Positions 36,547-47,367 of a stretch of DNA of 47,367 nt are shown here, in pieces (position 1 is the stretch's first letter; every line of letters begins with the position of its first letter). Location: assembly GCF_001194135.2 (NCBI RefSeq), contig NC_068987.1, positions 92,132,825-92,180,191 on the forward strand, given 5' to 3'. The position numbers were made by a program, and so were the translations under genes. The notes under the pieces are model-generated. The model did no database searches. It worked only from the letters and a program-made list of their open reading frames with translations, and had not been told where the DNA came from. This stretch comes from Octopus bimaculoides. Taxonomy: Eukaryota.

Positions 36547-37183
36547 ATATATATTTGTGAGTGTGTGTACAAGTATTTCTATGTGAGTCGACAGGATTCA
36601 TGCTATATAGTGGTGTTCAGCTTACGGTGCAGACACGTATATGTGTGTAATGATTCAACAGTCAAAGGCACAAATACAAACGTAGAAATAAAAATGATAC
36701 ATGAAATGCGAATATATGTTGGAAATTAAAATCGCGTTTTCAATGAATATATTAATACAAATGAATTAAATTATTGGGCTGACAACACATGCATAAATAC
36801 AAACTACTCGTGCTCGCACACACACACACACACGACACGCATACAAAATATAAATCAATCATTATGTAAGCGTGTATCTATGCAAATGTATATTTATATA
36901 CATACATGCGCAAACACTCTCTTTCACATTAGCACACATATATGTTTATATATTAATATATATTTATATATTTATATTCACACACATACACACACACACA
37001 CATATATATATATACATATATNNNNNNNNNNNNNNNNNNNNNNNNNNNNNNNNNNNNNNNNNNNNNNNNNNNNNNNNNNNNNNNNNNNNNNNNNNNNNNN
37101 NNNNNNNNNNNNNNNNNNNNNNNNNNNNNNNNNNNNNNNNNNNNNNNNNNNNNNNNNNNNNNNNNNNNNNNNNNNNNNNNNNN

Positions 37184-37215
<32 letters not shown>

Positions 37216-38256
37216 GTATGTATATGTATATGTATGTATGTATATTATATCTATATCTATCTGTCTGTCTATCTATACGTCCAAAGATCAATGCAGATAT
37301 GTACAAAGTATTTGACGCAGCTACTTATGACTTACAGTTTCGTGGGTGTGTACAGTACACCCATCTCATCAGATTTTCGGAGGCAAAGTGTAGTGTTTGA
37401 AAATATTTTACAGGGTTTATCGATGCTTAGGTCTCCCCTGGTCAGCTCGGGTCTCCGTGGTATGGATGCCATCAGAACTACACAATGTATATAGTTTACA
37501 TTTAGGCTGACATATGGTGAAATGCGAATGCAGGATACCGTCCTCAATATGACTGTAAGCTGCAGAATTGTATATTTAGCGTCATGAGATCCTTATTGTG
37601 AAACACATTGGTGGGATTGTCGAGTTACGATTGAGGTTGTGTGACAAAAGAAGGTAGGTAGTATGTGGGACAGGGATTGTATATGGTGCAGCTAGCTATA
37701 TCTAGAGTGACATATCCGGATTGTCAACGGCCAGAGGCTTGAAGATCATTAACCCGAAGTAACTATGGTAGCAATCACAGGATAACTCATTCTTCCTATT
37801 GATGGATACTGTCACTTGATGGAAAATGTGTAGGTTCAAAGGAGTTTTCGCAATTGAGAGCTCCGGGTTAGTAAAAGAGAGGCCCTGTAAAAAATACAAC
37901 TGTTGATTGTAGGGAAATTATTTTGATAATCGCGGATGCCCCTGTTGAAGCGGGAGGCACGTGTATTATGTCCCATAAAGATAATGGCCGCCATGACCGT
38001 GGAGTGTCTTATGATGGCATCGGATGGTGTGCTGGTGGTGCTCTCCAAGTAAGAAGACGGTAGGCTTTGGGGAATCAGGATGTCGGCTTGGGTGGGAGTA
38101 TAGATGTGGCGTGTGCATACTGTAAGGTTTTTGTGCTTCAGTGGCTATATATTTAAAAATGAGTAACTGGTCTGTGTTTTAATGATGAGTTTGTGAAAGT
38201 TCTGACTACAGTTACTAGTCAAAGAAATATCTTCCTTTCGTGCATACATGTATATG

Positions 38257-38301
<45 letters not shown>

Positions 38302-41137
38302 ACATATATATATATATATATATAAACATACATGTATGTATGAAAGGAAGATATTTCGTTTGTATATATATATATATATATATANNNNNNNNNNNNNNNN
38401 NNNNNNNNNNNNNNNNNNNNNNNNNNNNNNNNNNNNNNNNNNNNNNNNNNNNNNNNNNNNNNNNNNNNNNNNNNNNNNNNNNNNNNNNNNNNNNNNNNNN
38501 NNNNNNNNNNNNNNNNNNTATATATATATATATATATATATGATGCGTTAGTTTTCTGAGGGCGCCTATCCCAAGGGCTCTAACTTTTTTCTTAATCTTT
38601 AGGGGACCTTACGTTTCAGAAATAATGTCACACATTAGGTTGACTCTACAAATGAAATATTGTAGCCTTGAAAGCGCACCGTTGTGATAAAGCAATAGAT
38701 CACTTCCCTTTACATACGTAGATACGATGGAGTGGAGTATGATTTGATTAAAAATTGTCATCGCTCCTATCAAATCTACCAACTGAATAGGTTTTTCTTC
38801 TATGAGATTGAGAGGGATTTTGCTGTTATTCGACGCATGTCTTGAGACATGGTAGAATCACAGTTTTGGTTCCATTCATACAATACGCATGTAGAGCTAT
38901 ATAAACACGTTTAGGATAAACAACATTGTGCGGATTCAAATGAAGGTGATCATAGGAAAAAATCGACTCGTCATATAGAGTGCTTACAACGCAAAAGTTT
39001 ATTAGACTGAACTGAAACACATTGCTGCGTTGCGTATTATGAAATATGTTCTAAATATAAAGGGTAAAGTTATTCTTGCGACTCTACGAATAAGAAACAA
39101 TTTTTGGAAGCAATTAATATTTGACAATGGCGCAAATCTAATATCGTTATTGCTTCTAATACCCAATGACTCCTCCCTTTTACATCTCCTCTGTTGCACT
39201 AATAATCACTGCTTATCCCTTGAGTAAAGAATAATATAAGTGCCCAAGTTGTTATGCCGTCGGGTCGAACACGAGGCAAGCTTGTTGCTACACGAATATC
39301 CTAGCTACACATCCCAGCTCGCAGATGCTATGTGCAATTGCCTACCACATTACTTTCATGGATTTTTTCAATTTGGTTATATGTAAATACACGTGCATCT
39401 GTTTATCTACATTAATGTATTGGTATGCATAATTGTATGCATTTATTTATGTAACTCTCTCCATATTTGTACATGGATACATGCATATTGTGTATTAATA
39501 TATCTGCGATGCATGCCTCTATATATGTGTGCATGCGTTTGCGTGAGTGCGGTAGTGCGTGTATATGTATGCCTATATATGTATGTATGTGTAAGTGTAT
39601 GTACATATACGTAAGTATGTATATGTGTATGTATGTATAATTGTAAGTCTTAATGTAAACTTAGAAATCAATCACTGTAAGCAAAACAACGTCTCTAGCA
39701 GACAGGTATCTGTAAGGAATTCCCATTTCCTAAAAATTTTCATTATTCGTTATTAAAATATTCATTGAAAATATTATATTTAAAGTTTAATTTATTTATT
39801 TATTCATAGAACAGGGGAGAAAATAAGTAAAAAAATAAACAGGTGTACTTTATCACCTAGCACAATATTTCTCCTTGAAAGTTATTACAGTATTAACACG
39901 GCCAGCGAACTCCATCTTATAAACTTCCACTGCAACTTCATCGCCACCAACAAACGTAACAACAGTACTTTTAATTTAACAGCCACTGGCACTTTTCAAC
40001 TCTCAGAAAATTCCCTTTTGTCTCAACCATTACCACCGCTAAGTCATATCAAAAGTACGATCATTGACTACATAATTTCTCACACAACACAAACTTTAGA
40101 GTTTAACTAACACTAAATCTACAGCTTCGATGAGGGATGACAGCATTGGCTCTAATAGACGTCTATTGAATACATTGCACAAATTAACTCGTATCACTGA
40201 CAGTCAACCGAGTTTAACATTTAAGCAGGAAGACAATCTTTAGCGAGGGGTCAATACAGTGAATCCCTTAAGGATTGTGATTGATATGTTTGAATTAATG
40301 ACTTACATTCAACCTCGAAAGACTTGTTTTTCAAATCACAAATTTTCTTGAAATTCTGTACATAGCACAAACCTGTAGATGATTTGAACACTAAAGAGGT
40401 ATCGTTCGGTATTTTAGCACTTTCCACTTGTCAAAAATAAAACAAATACAATGTGTAGCAGCTCTTATATTCGGAACATATTCGTATAACCGTCTCAGTC
40501 AGGACTATCACCAACACCTGCCCCACACACACGCACGTGAACGAGGCACCAAACCTACATCTCTATTGCGCTCGACGTGGTTAGGCAGAAAATAAATCTC
40601 TCTTAAACAACACACTACAAGTTTTAAAAATGATATGAGCTACAGTCTGAAAATAAGACGGTATATTTATAGCTGGGAAGTATTTGACCGTAGGTCATGA
40701 GTGGTTGTGACAGGTATGGTGCTAAACAGAAACAGACCAGGCAATGTAGAATGTCCTTGTATAGAATGCAACAATGAACCAATGCATGTTAGAATGTGGA
40801 GTCTGATTCTTAGGCAGGAGAAAGTAAAATATATCTGGAAGAGAAGGAAAAATTTCATCCATTCACGTCGATTCAGTGGTTTATCAATACAGTATATTTC
40901 TACGACATAACAATTTATATGGGGCCATACAAGAACAATAAATAATTCACTCACACAATACGCCTAATTTATTATCATCTTTGTTCCAATCTACCACGCT
41001 GCTGTTTTGCACATCTATTCTCCTTCCTATTGCTTCTTCAAAATCTTAATTCATTTCCTTCGATTTCTACTTCTAATACTCCCTGTTATTCTACTTTGCT
41101 ATATTCATATTTTCAAATTCAACCACACATTTTTCTT

Positions 41138-41185
41138 ACTACTACTACTACTACTACTAATACTACTACTACTACTAGTACTACT
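41138..41185. repeat. (CTA)n microsatellite
   Basis: Directly visible. Confidence 0.9.
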
Positions 41186-41199
41186 AAAGGTTCCAAATT

Positions 41200-41390
41200 T
41201 TTGCACAGGGCCATAAATTTCGGGAATGGGTTAAGTTGTTTAAAGAGATAGTGCTCAGATGGTACTTTTTTTTCTGTAAACCTCGAAAGGATGAAAGTCA
41301 AAGTCGGCCTCTGCAGAATTTGAACTCAGGACGGACGAAATGCCCCTAAGCATCTTGCGTGGCGTGCTATCGATTGTTCCTGTTCGCAGC
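41200..41390 (-). mobile_element. Degraded SINE family D copy
   Basis: Plus strand GAAAGGATGAAAGTCAAAGTCGGCCTCTGCAGAATTTGAACTCAG..CTAAGCAT. Confidence 0.75.
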
Positions 41391-41410
41391 TTTATACTAA
41401 TACTACTAAT

Positions 41411-41543
41411 ATTCTTGTCTACTCTAGGCACAAGGCTCAAGAGTTTTGGAGAGGGGGCCAATCGATTAGATCGACTCCAGTACGTAAGTGGTACTTAAGT
41501 TATCGACTCCGAAAGGATGAAAGGCAAAGTCGACCTCGGCGGA
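41411..41543 (-). mobile_element. SINE family D 3' half
   Basis: Plus strand CTACTCTAGGCACAAGG..GGTACTTAAGTTATCGACTCCGAAAGGATGAAAGGCAAAGTCGACCTCGGCGGA. Confidence 0.85.
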
Positions 41544-41574
41544 CTACGACTAATGTTATTATTATTACTAATAT

Positions 41575-41781
41575 GAGGTGACGAACTGGATGAATCGTTA
41601 GTTAAGCCGAACAAAATGCTTAGCGGCATTTCATTCGAATTTGTGTTCTGTGTTCAAATTCCGCTGAGGTCGACTTATCTTTTTATCCTTTCAGGGTTGA
41701 TAAAATAAGTACTAGTTGAGCACTAAGGTCGATGTAATCGACTTATCCCTTCCCCACTAAATTGTTGGCATTGGTCCAAAA
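41575..41781 (+). mobile_element. SINE family D copy
   Basis: AATGCTTAGCGGCATTTC..GTTCAAATTCCGCTGAGGTCGAC..GATAAAATAAGTACTAG..GGTCGATGTAATCGAC. Confidence 0.85.
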
Positions 41782-41840
41782 TCCTCCTCCTCCTCCTCCT
41801 CCTCCTCCTCCTCCTCCTCCTCCTCCTCATTATTATTATT
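41782..41840. repeat. (CCT)n followed by (ATT)n microsatellite
   Basis: Directly visible. Confidence 0.95.
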
Positions 41841-42387
41841 GAGTGAGAGAGCAGTGCATGCCATCAAAGTGACACTGGGGTATTATTATTATCATTATTA
41901 TTATTATTATTGATATATCTGGTTATCCAAAAGTTGATTGCTGTTTTTATATCTTTTTGTCAAATTCATTATTACATCCAGTTTCAATGAAATACTTATT
42001 AATTGACTAATTCAGTGATTGCCTTGACTCTTTATAATGATTACATTATTATACCCGGTTTTACTCTGCTAATTACATCATTCCATCAATGTTCCTCATT
42101 TTGTTCTGCTGATTCTGGTTAATTTCGTTATTTTGTCTCAGTGGTTTTCTCTTGTTGTATTAACTCTACTGGATACGGGTATTTTTTTTCATTGTTTAAT
42201 TACTAATATTATTTAATCTTCTTCTTTTCATTGACCAATTCGGCAGATTTTCAAATTATTTTTTAGAATTTTATGTTACATCTATGCGATTAAGTGAGGG
42301 AAACTCATGGACTTTAGAAAGAGAATGCGCTTAAACAAACGTACCTTTTTCCTCCAGGAAAAAATACACACAATATCCAATTACATC

Positions 42388-42640
42388 AGGGACTGAGGAG
42401 TGATTGTTGACGATAATCTCAGCTGGAATGCCCAAATCAACAATAAAGACAGTATAACCCGCAGGATGAGCTCATTGATCCTCAGAACTTTCCGACCCAG
42501 TGAGCAAGATATCATCATTCTCTTCAAGATATCATCATTCTCTTCAAGATATCATCATTCTCTTCAAGATATCATCATTCTCTTCTTTCGTTATACGAAA
42601 TGTTATGATAATCCTTTTTTCCTGGTATACCCCTGTCAGT
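42388..42640 (+). mobile_element. CR1/L2-group LINE RT C-terminal fragment
   Basis: RD*GVIVDDNLSWNAQINNK..RRMSSLILRTFR matches the (K/R)DLGV..D..LSW..HI......LR.F signature. Confidence 0.65.
42505..42584 (+). repeat. Perfect 20-bp tandem repeat x4 (CAAGATATCATCATTCTCTT)
   Basis: Four identical units inside the CR1/L2 fragment. Confidence 0.95.
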
Positions 42641-44459
42641 CGTATGGCCAGTATTATAGTAGCGCATCTCACGTGGTTCAATCAGCGTCCAGTAAATCCT
42701 TTTTTTTCCCTGTGTACTAAGAAGGTGTCTATCTTCAACCAAGTCTTTCTTAATCCATAATCCACAGGGACACCTACCTCGTCCGTACGGTATTATATAT
42801 TTTAGAAGCGATCAAATTTTAGAAACAGATAGGGAAATATAAAAAAGGGATTTAAATGTTGATAGCCAGATCAATTTTCGGGTGAATAGAAAGTGTGACT
42901 ATAGTTATACGCTAATTATATATGCTTTACTGATCTCTACTATAAAAGTCAGCACAGATGTTTCAAACTATTATGCATATCTTTTTGGCACAAAAATGGT
43001 AATATCTGTGTTTAAATCTGTTGTGTTAGGTCTAATGTATATATAAGAGGCATTTCTTACTTATAATGTGCAGTACAAAGTTAGTTTCATTGCTTGAAAG
43101 ATTGAACATTTTCTAATGACTATTTACCGGATAAATTGTTAAAACAGATCAATAAATCCTGAGACGAAATGGCTGAATTTATCTATGGCATATATACATA
43201 AACAAATCTGAACGGGTGCATAATTTTCATCAATGTCTTATTTTATAGCTATATATTAATGTTACTGGTGTTGTTCTTATACATTTATGTCTTCCATTGT
43301 TAGTTGTGGATTCTATTTTCCTTCTTTGTGTTAAATATAACAATATAATTTTATGAATTATTTTATAATATATATCATTGTTATTCTATCTGATCACTAT
43401 TAATAAAATTCTTATCGTAGGAACGTACCGACGCTGCGGCACCGCAGAGTATGCTGGATGACAACAGTAAGCAGATTTCTTAATCTCTTCCTAGACATTT
43501 CTTGCTGCAATTTCCTTCTTTGATCGAATTTAGTTTTTGGTCACACTCAGAGAATAGGTGAGCCTGGGGATGCAGAATAGCAACGTAATATATTTGACAG
43601 CCGCAGCTTAATATATTGAATTGGGGGAATTTTAATTTTCACAGTCCTTAGAGATTCGCTGTAAAACATGAGTGCTGAAGGCCTGAGAATGTTTCTATAT
43701 GTCGTGAGGATAGTATTCTCTTCTGGAACATCTGGGATTAAGAGCTATTTCTTAAACTTCATGGCCTGATATTTTTAGTATTTTAGTTGTAAAATCTCAA
43801 AGCATTTGTCATGCCTGTGCTGCCAGCAACAATAATTAGCCAAGATTCGTGAAGAGCTACGAAACTGTTAGATAAAAACTCATCTGTCATTGGTAAGGAA
43901 CAGTGGCAATCCTTTTTTTTTTCTGGAGGCTATGACGTAGCAAGTTGCATGAGGAGTGCGTTGCAGTGTATGAGGACAGAGAACATACAGCAATACCTTC
44001 CATAGCCTATTTGATATATCTAATATACTGTTTGGAAAGATTCCTCTTGTGAAATATAGAAAGAAAACAATTTATCAGTTGGAAGAAAAATGTTTTCGAC
44101 ACATTTGCTCATAATATTATTTTTCTCAGAACTCTCTAACTAATCTTATATTTGAGAAAGGAAATGTTTCCCGAAATTTAATAGAAAAACCAAACAACTT
44201 GTGTAATGCAATGCAATATCTTCAAGTTACGTTAAATTATTAACATATATTTACATATTTATACCCAATTCCTCACATGCATTCCTCACATGTCCGTTCG
44301 GGTTTTGTCGATACTACACTTTTAGCTTTCTAATAAGTAGCTGACTCAAACCCGTCCATTGCGTTTGCGCACTTGCTTCATATTTCGCATATCAACGTAG
44401 TTCGACGCGAACTTACAACGAAACAGACGATATTTTGCGTGCTTGAGACCACCTTAAAA

Positions 44460-45390
44460 TAGAGAAGCAAACAAACATTATCGACTCCTCTTGCATGTTT
44501 ATTGTAAAACCTTGAGGAAGATATGCGCTGTGCGCATGAGAGAATACTGTTAAGGAATGTGTGTTCTAGAAGTGGTTTTCGAGATTTTGATAAGGAAATC
44601 TTTCGGTTCAAGTTGCTACTCGTTCTTACCAGCCAAGAGACATTAACAGCAGGATTATCGCAGATATACCCCAGATATCCAGATCAAGTGTTGAAAATCG
44701 CTTTCATCAAATTGGTTACGTCCGTAGGCTCAATATTTGGGTCCTACATCAATTGAATGAGAATAATCTCGTCCACCGGATGTCAATTCGTGGTAGAAAC
44801 ACCGAGAAAAAGATCGTTATGAGAAGATAATTGTAACAGCTGACGAAAGGTAGATCGTCTGTAACAATGTGAAACACAAGACAGAGGCATAGTGAACCAC
44901 CACAAACAACCTCCAAAGCAGGACGTCACCGAAGAGAGGGAGATGCTGTCGATTTTGTGGGATTGGAAGGTAGTTGTTTTCTTACGAGCTTCTTTTCATG
45001 CATATCTGCTTCGATGTGTACTGCACTTGTTGATCTTTAAGAGCATTGTTCTTCATCATGACTATGCGAAAACAAACACATCATTACAGATGCATCAGAG
45101 GATACTGGCGTTTAGATGGGAAGATTTGTTGTACTTTTTATATTTGCCTGACATTGCGCCTTCAGAATGGACAAACCTTCATATCTGAAGAGTATACAAA
45201 AATTCACCCAGAAGAGTTTTCGCCAATTGAGATAGGGAATACTTTGAGTAGCGAATAATGGATCTGTCCACAAGATAGCGAAAAATACTGGTTATTTGTT
45301 CATTGATCGTAAATTACTGTTATGTATTTAAAACCTATGTCTTATTTTCGATTTTAAAAAAAGCGACCAGATTTTTTGCCAATATAATAT
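44460..45390 (+). mobile_element. Decayed mariner (DD34D-type) transposon
   Basis: KICAV..KWFSRF (HTH), IVTADER*IVCNNVK (cf. IVTGDEKW), MLSILWDWK (cf. MLSVWWDWKG), HHDYAKTNTS..RWEDL..YLPDIAPSE (cf. HHDNARPHT..YSPDLAPSD; 34-residue spacing). TIR-like end TTTTTGCCAATATAA-TA at ~45390; 5' boundary uncertain. Confidence 0.8.
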
Positions 45391-45711
45391 ATGATTTACA
45401 CATCACAATGCTTCAAGCATTATATAGCAATCTATTCTTTGAATTCATTTTCATTTTTCATTGAGCATTGCTAGCGGCTCCTTTTGCGTTGGCCCAACCT
45501 TTTCGTGACATTGATGAAAATCACAATTATGTGAAATGTATTTGTGGATGCCTTCCATTATATCGCCTCGGAACACGCACGCGCGCAACCCCNNNNNNNN
45601 NNNNNNNNNNNNNNNNNNNNNNNNNNNNNNNNNNNNNNNNNNNNNNNNNNNNNNNNNNNNNNNNNNNNNNNNNNNNNNNNNNNNNNNNNNNNNNNNNNNN
45701 NNNNNNNNNNN

Positions 45712-45807
45712 GCACCGTCAAGGTCACCAGCCCCTATCCACACGCACCGTCAAGGTCACCAGCCCCTATCCACACGCACCGTCAAGGTCACCAGCCCCTA
45801 TCCACAC
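45712..45807 (+). repeat. 32-bp GC-rich minisatellite x3 (GCACCGTCAAGGTCACCAGCCCCTATCCACAC), probably continuing into the gap
   Basis: Three identical units immediately after the N-run at 45593-45711. Confidence 0.92.
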
Positions 45808-45849
45808 GCACATACACGCTCTCACATTCATACGCACGTGCACCTTTGT

Positions 45850-46140
45850 TTTGAGATCACCTCTACCTTTTTTTCTATCTCTCCTTTTTCCTAGCTCTCT
45901 TTTTTCTTAGCCCTCCTGTCTAACCACCTCTGTCCAGCATTCGCCATGATTGATCGCTAGCCACTAAACCTTTTTTACTTTCTCTCTCTACTTATTTCTG
46001 TGTTCCTTTCTGTTCAAGAGCGTAGGCTCGAAACATAAAAGATTTCTCACTTCCTGAGCGTTAAACTAATACATCTGTTTGTTGTTTATACACACGTCTT
46101 CGGCTTCGTCTTCTGTTTTTCTTTGTGAATTCCAACTATA
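45850..46140 (+). mobile_element. PLE-like short element, family P (second copy)
   Basis: CTTT-CTGTTCA-A-GAGC-GTAG-GCTC-GAAACAT-A-AAAG..TTCCTGAGCGTTAAACTAATACATCTGTTTGTTGTTTA; homologous to 23815-24017. Confidence 0.7.
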
Positions 46141-46223
46141 TATGTGCGAAGTTATATATATTTATGCATGTATACATTTATGCATATGTGTGTGTGTGTG
46201 TTTGTGTGTACATTCATACATAC

Positions 46224-46266
<43 letters not shown>

Positions 46267-46899
46267 TGTATAAAATTATGCATCTATATAGACACACCCA
46301 CATGTTATTTGTTCATATATATATATGTGGATGAACGATGTTTCTCACTTTTATGTATGGATATGCACGCGTGATCTCATACACGCATGAGTCCACTTGA
46401 ACATTTTGAAATTCGATTGGCCAAACATCTCGTTCCTTCTTCCTTATTAGAGAGCGAAGAGCAAAGGATTGCTAATGCAATTCACGTCATTAAAGTTGCG
46501 AAAGAAAACTTGTATTTTTGTATTTGTTGAGTAATTTTCTTGCAGGAACTTATTGATAAATTACACTTGATTAAGTAACAGAAAAAAGAAAATGTTGTCT
46601 TTGAGGCGTTTCGCTGTCGACTACGTAAACTGCATAACATCCTTAAGATGTGTAAAGAGTGTCAATTAGAATGACACACACTTCTAAACATACACTCACA
46701 CATACGTACACAAACTCACAAAATGTGACGCATACAAACTCAAACAGCCACGTGCACAATATTCGCATTTGTGAGGTGGTGAGGCAACATTCTCCTTTTT
46801 CTGTAATTAAATGTGTGCATATGTGTGTGCCAGTGTGTCTATAAACATTTGAATTACAAATATATGTATGCTTATATACACATATACGCACGCCCACAC

Positions 46900-46934
46900 A
46901 AATATATATTTTTTTATATATATTTGTGTATGTG

Positions 46935-47031
<97 letters not shown>

Positions 47032-47145
47032 GTATATAAATATATATGTATAAATATATGTGTGCGTATACATATGTATATATACATATGTGTGTGTGTA
47101 TGTATATGTATATGTATATATATATATGTGTATATATATATGTAT
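46900..47145. repeat. (TA)n/(TG)n low-complexity tract
   Basis: Directly visible. Source of the Ile-Tyr ORFs. Confidence 0.95.
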
Positions 47146-47367
47146 ACTTTACTAAAAGCAGCAGAAATATCACACACATTGTCATTTAGAGTTTCACTTT
47201 CCCTTTCGTCGGGAATGTGAAACTCTGAGTAACAGTTTTTGTGATATTTCTGATGCTTTTAATACAGCATATTACCCTACCTCTGGTATTTGAGTACTCT
47301 TTTTTCCACCTTGTTTCACATTTATGTGCTTATATATATATGTGTGTGTTTGTATATATACATATAT

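Overview
AT-rich, microsatellite-saturated eukaryotic genomic DNA with many N-gaps flanked by (TA)n. The repeat content (several tRNA-derived SINE families, RTE and R4/Dong-like LINE fragments, Tc1/mariner relics) suggests a coleoid cephalopod, probably Octopus; this is an inference, not a database match. No intact protein-coding gene can be supported. Well-supported contents: a full-length but dead Tc1-family transposon with DD37E spacing (TRT-like; ~160-bp TIRs, TA TSD); a ~2.3-kb RTE LINE; a decayed DD34D mariner; two R4/Dong-like 3' fragments; a CR1/L2 fragment; and about 10 SINE copies. Two signals are less obvious. (i) At least four clear and three degraded minimal type I hammerhead-ribozyme-like motifs of the Penelope-like-element (PLE) type. 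Three cluster at 23.2-23.9 kb around a near-perfect 50-bp hairpin, and one family (two copies) has a non-canonical core. (ii) A stop-poor + strand reading frame at ~15.0-15.8 kb that translates into a decayed extended-Tudor-like domain. Nearly all long ORFs in the supplied track are artefacts of microsatellites or N-runs. All alignments were done by eye.
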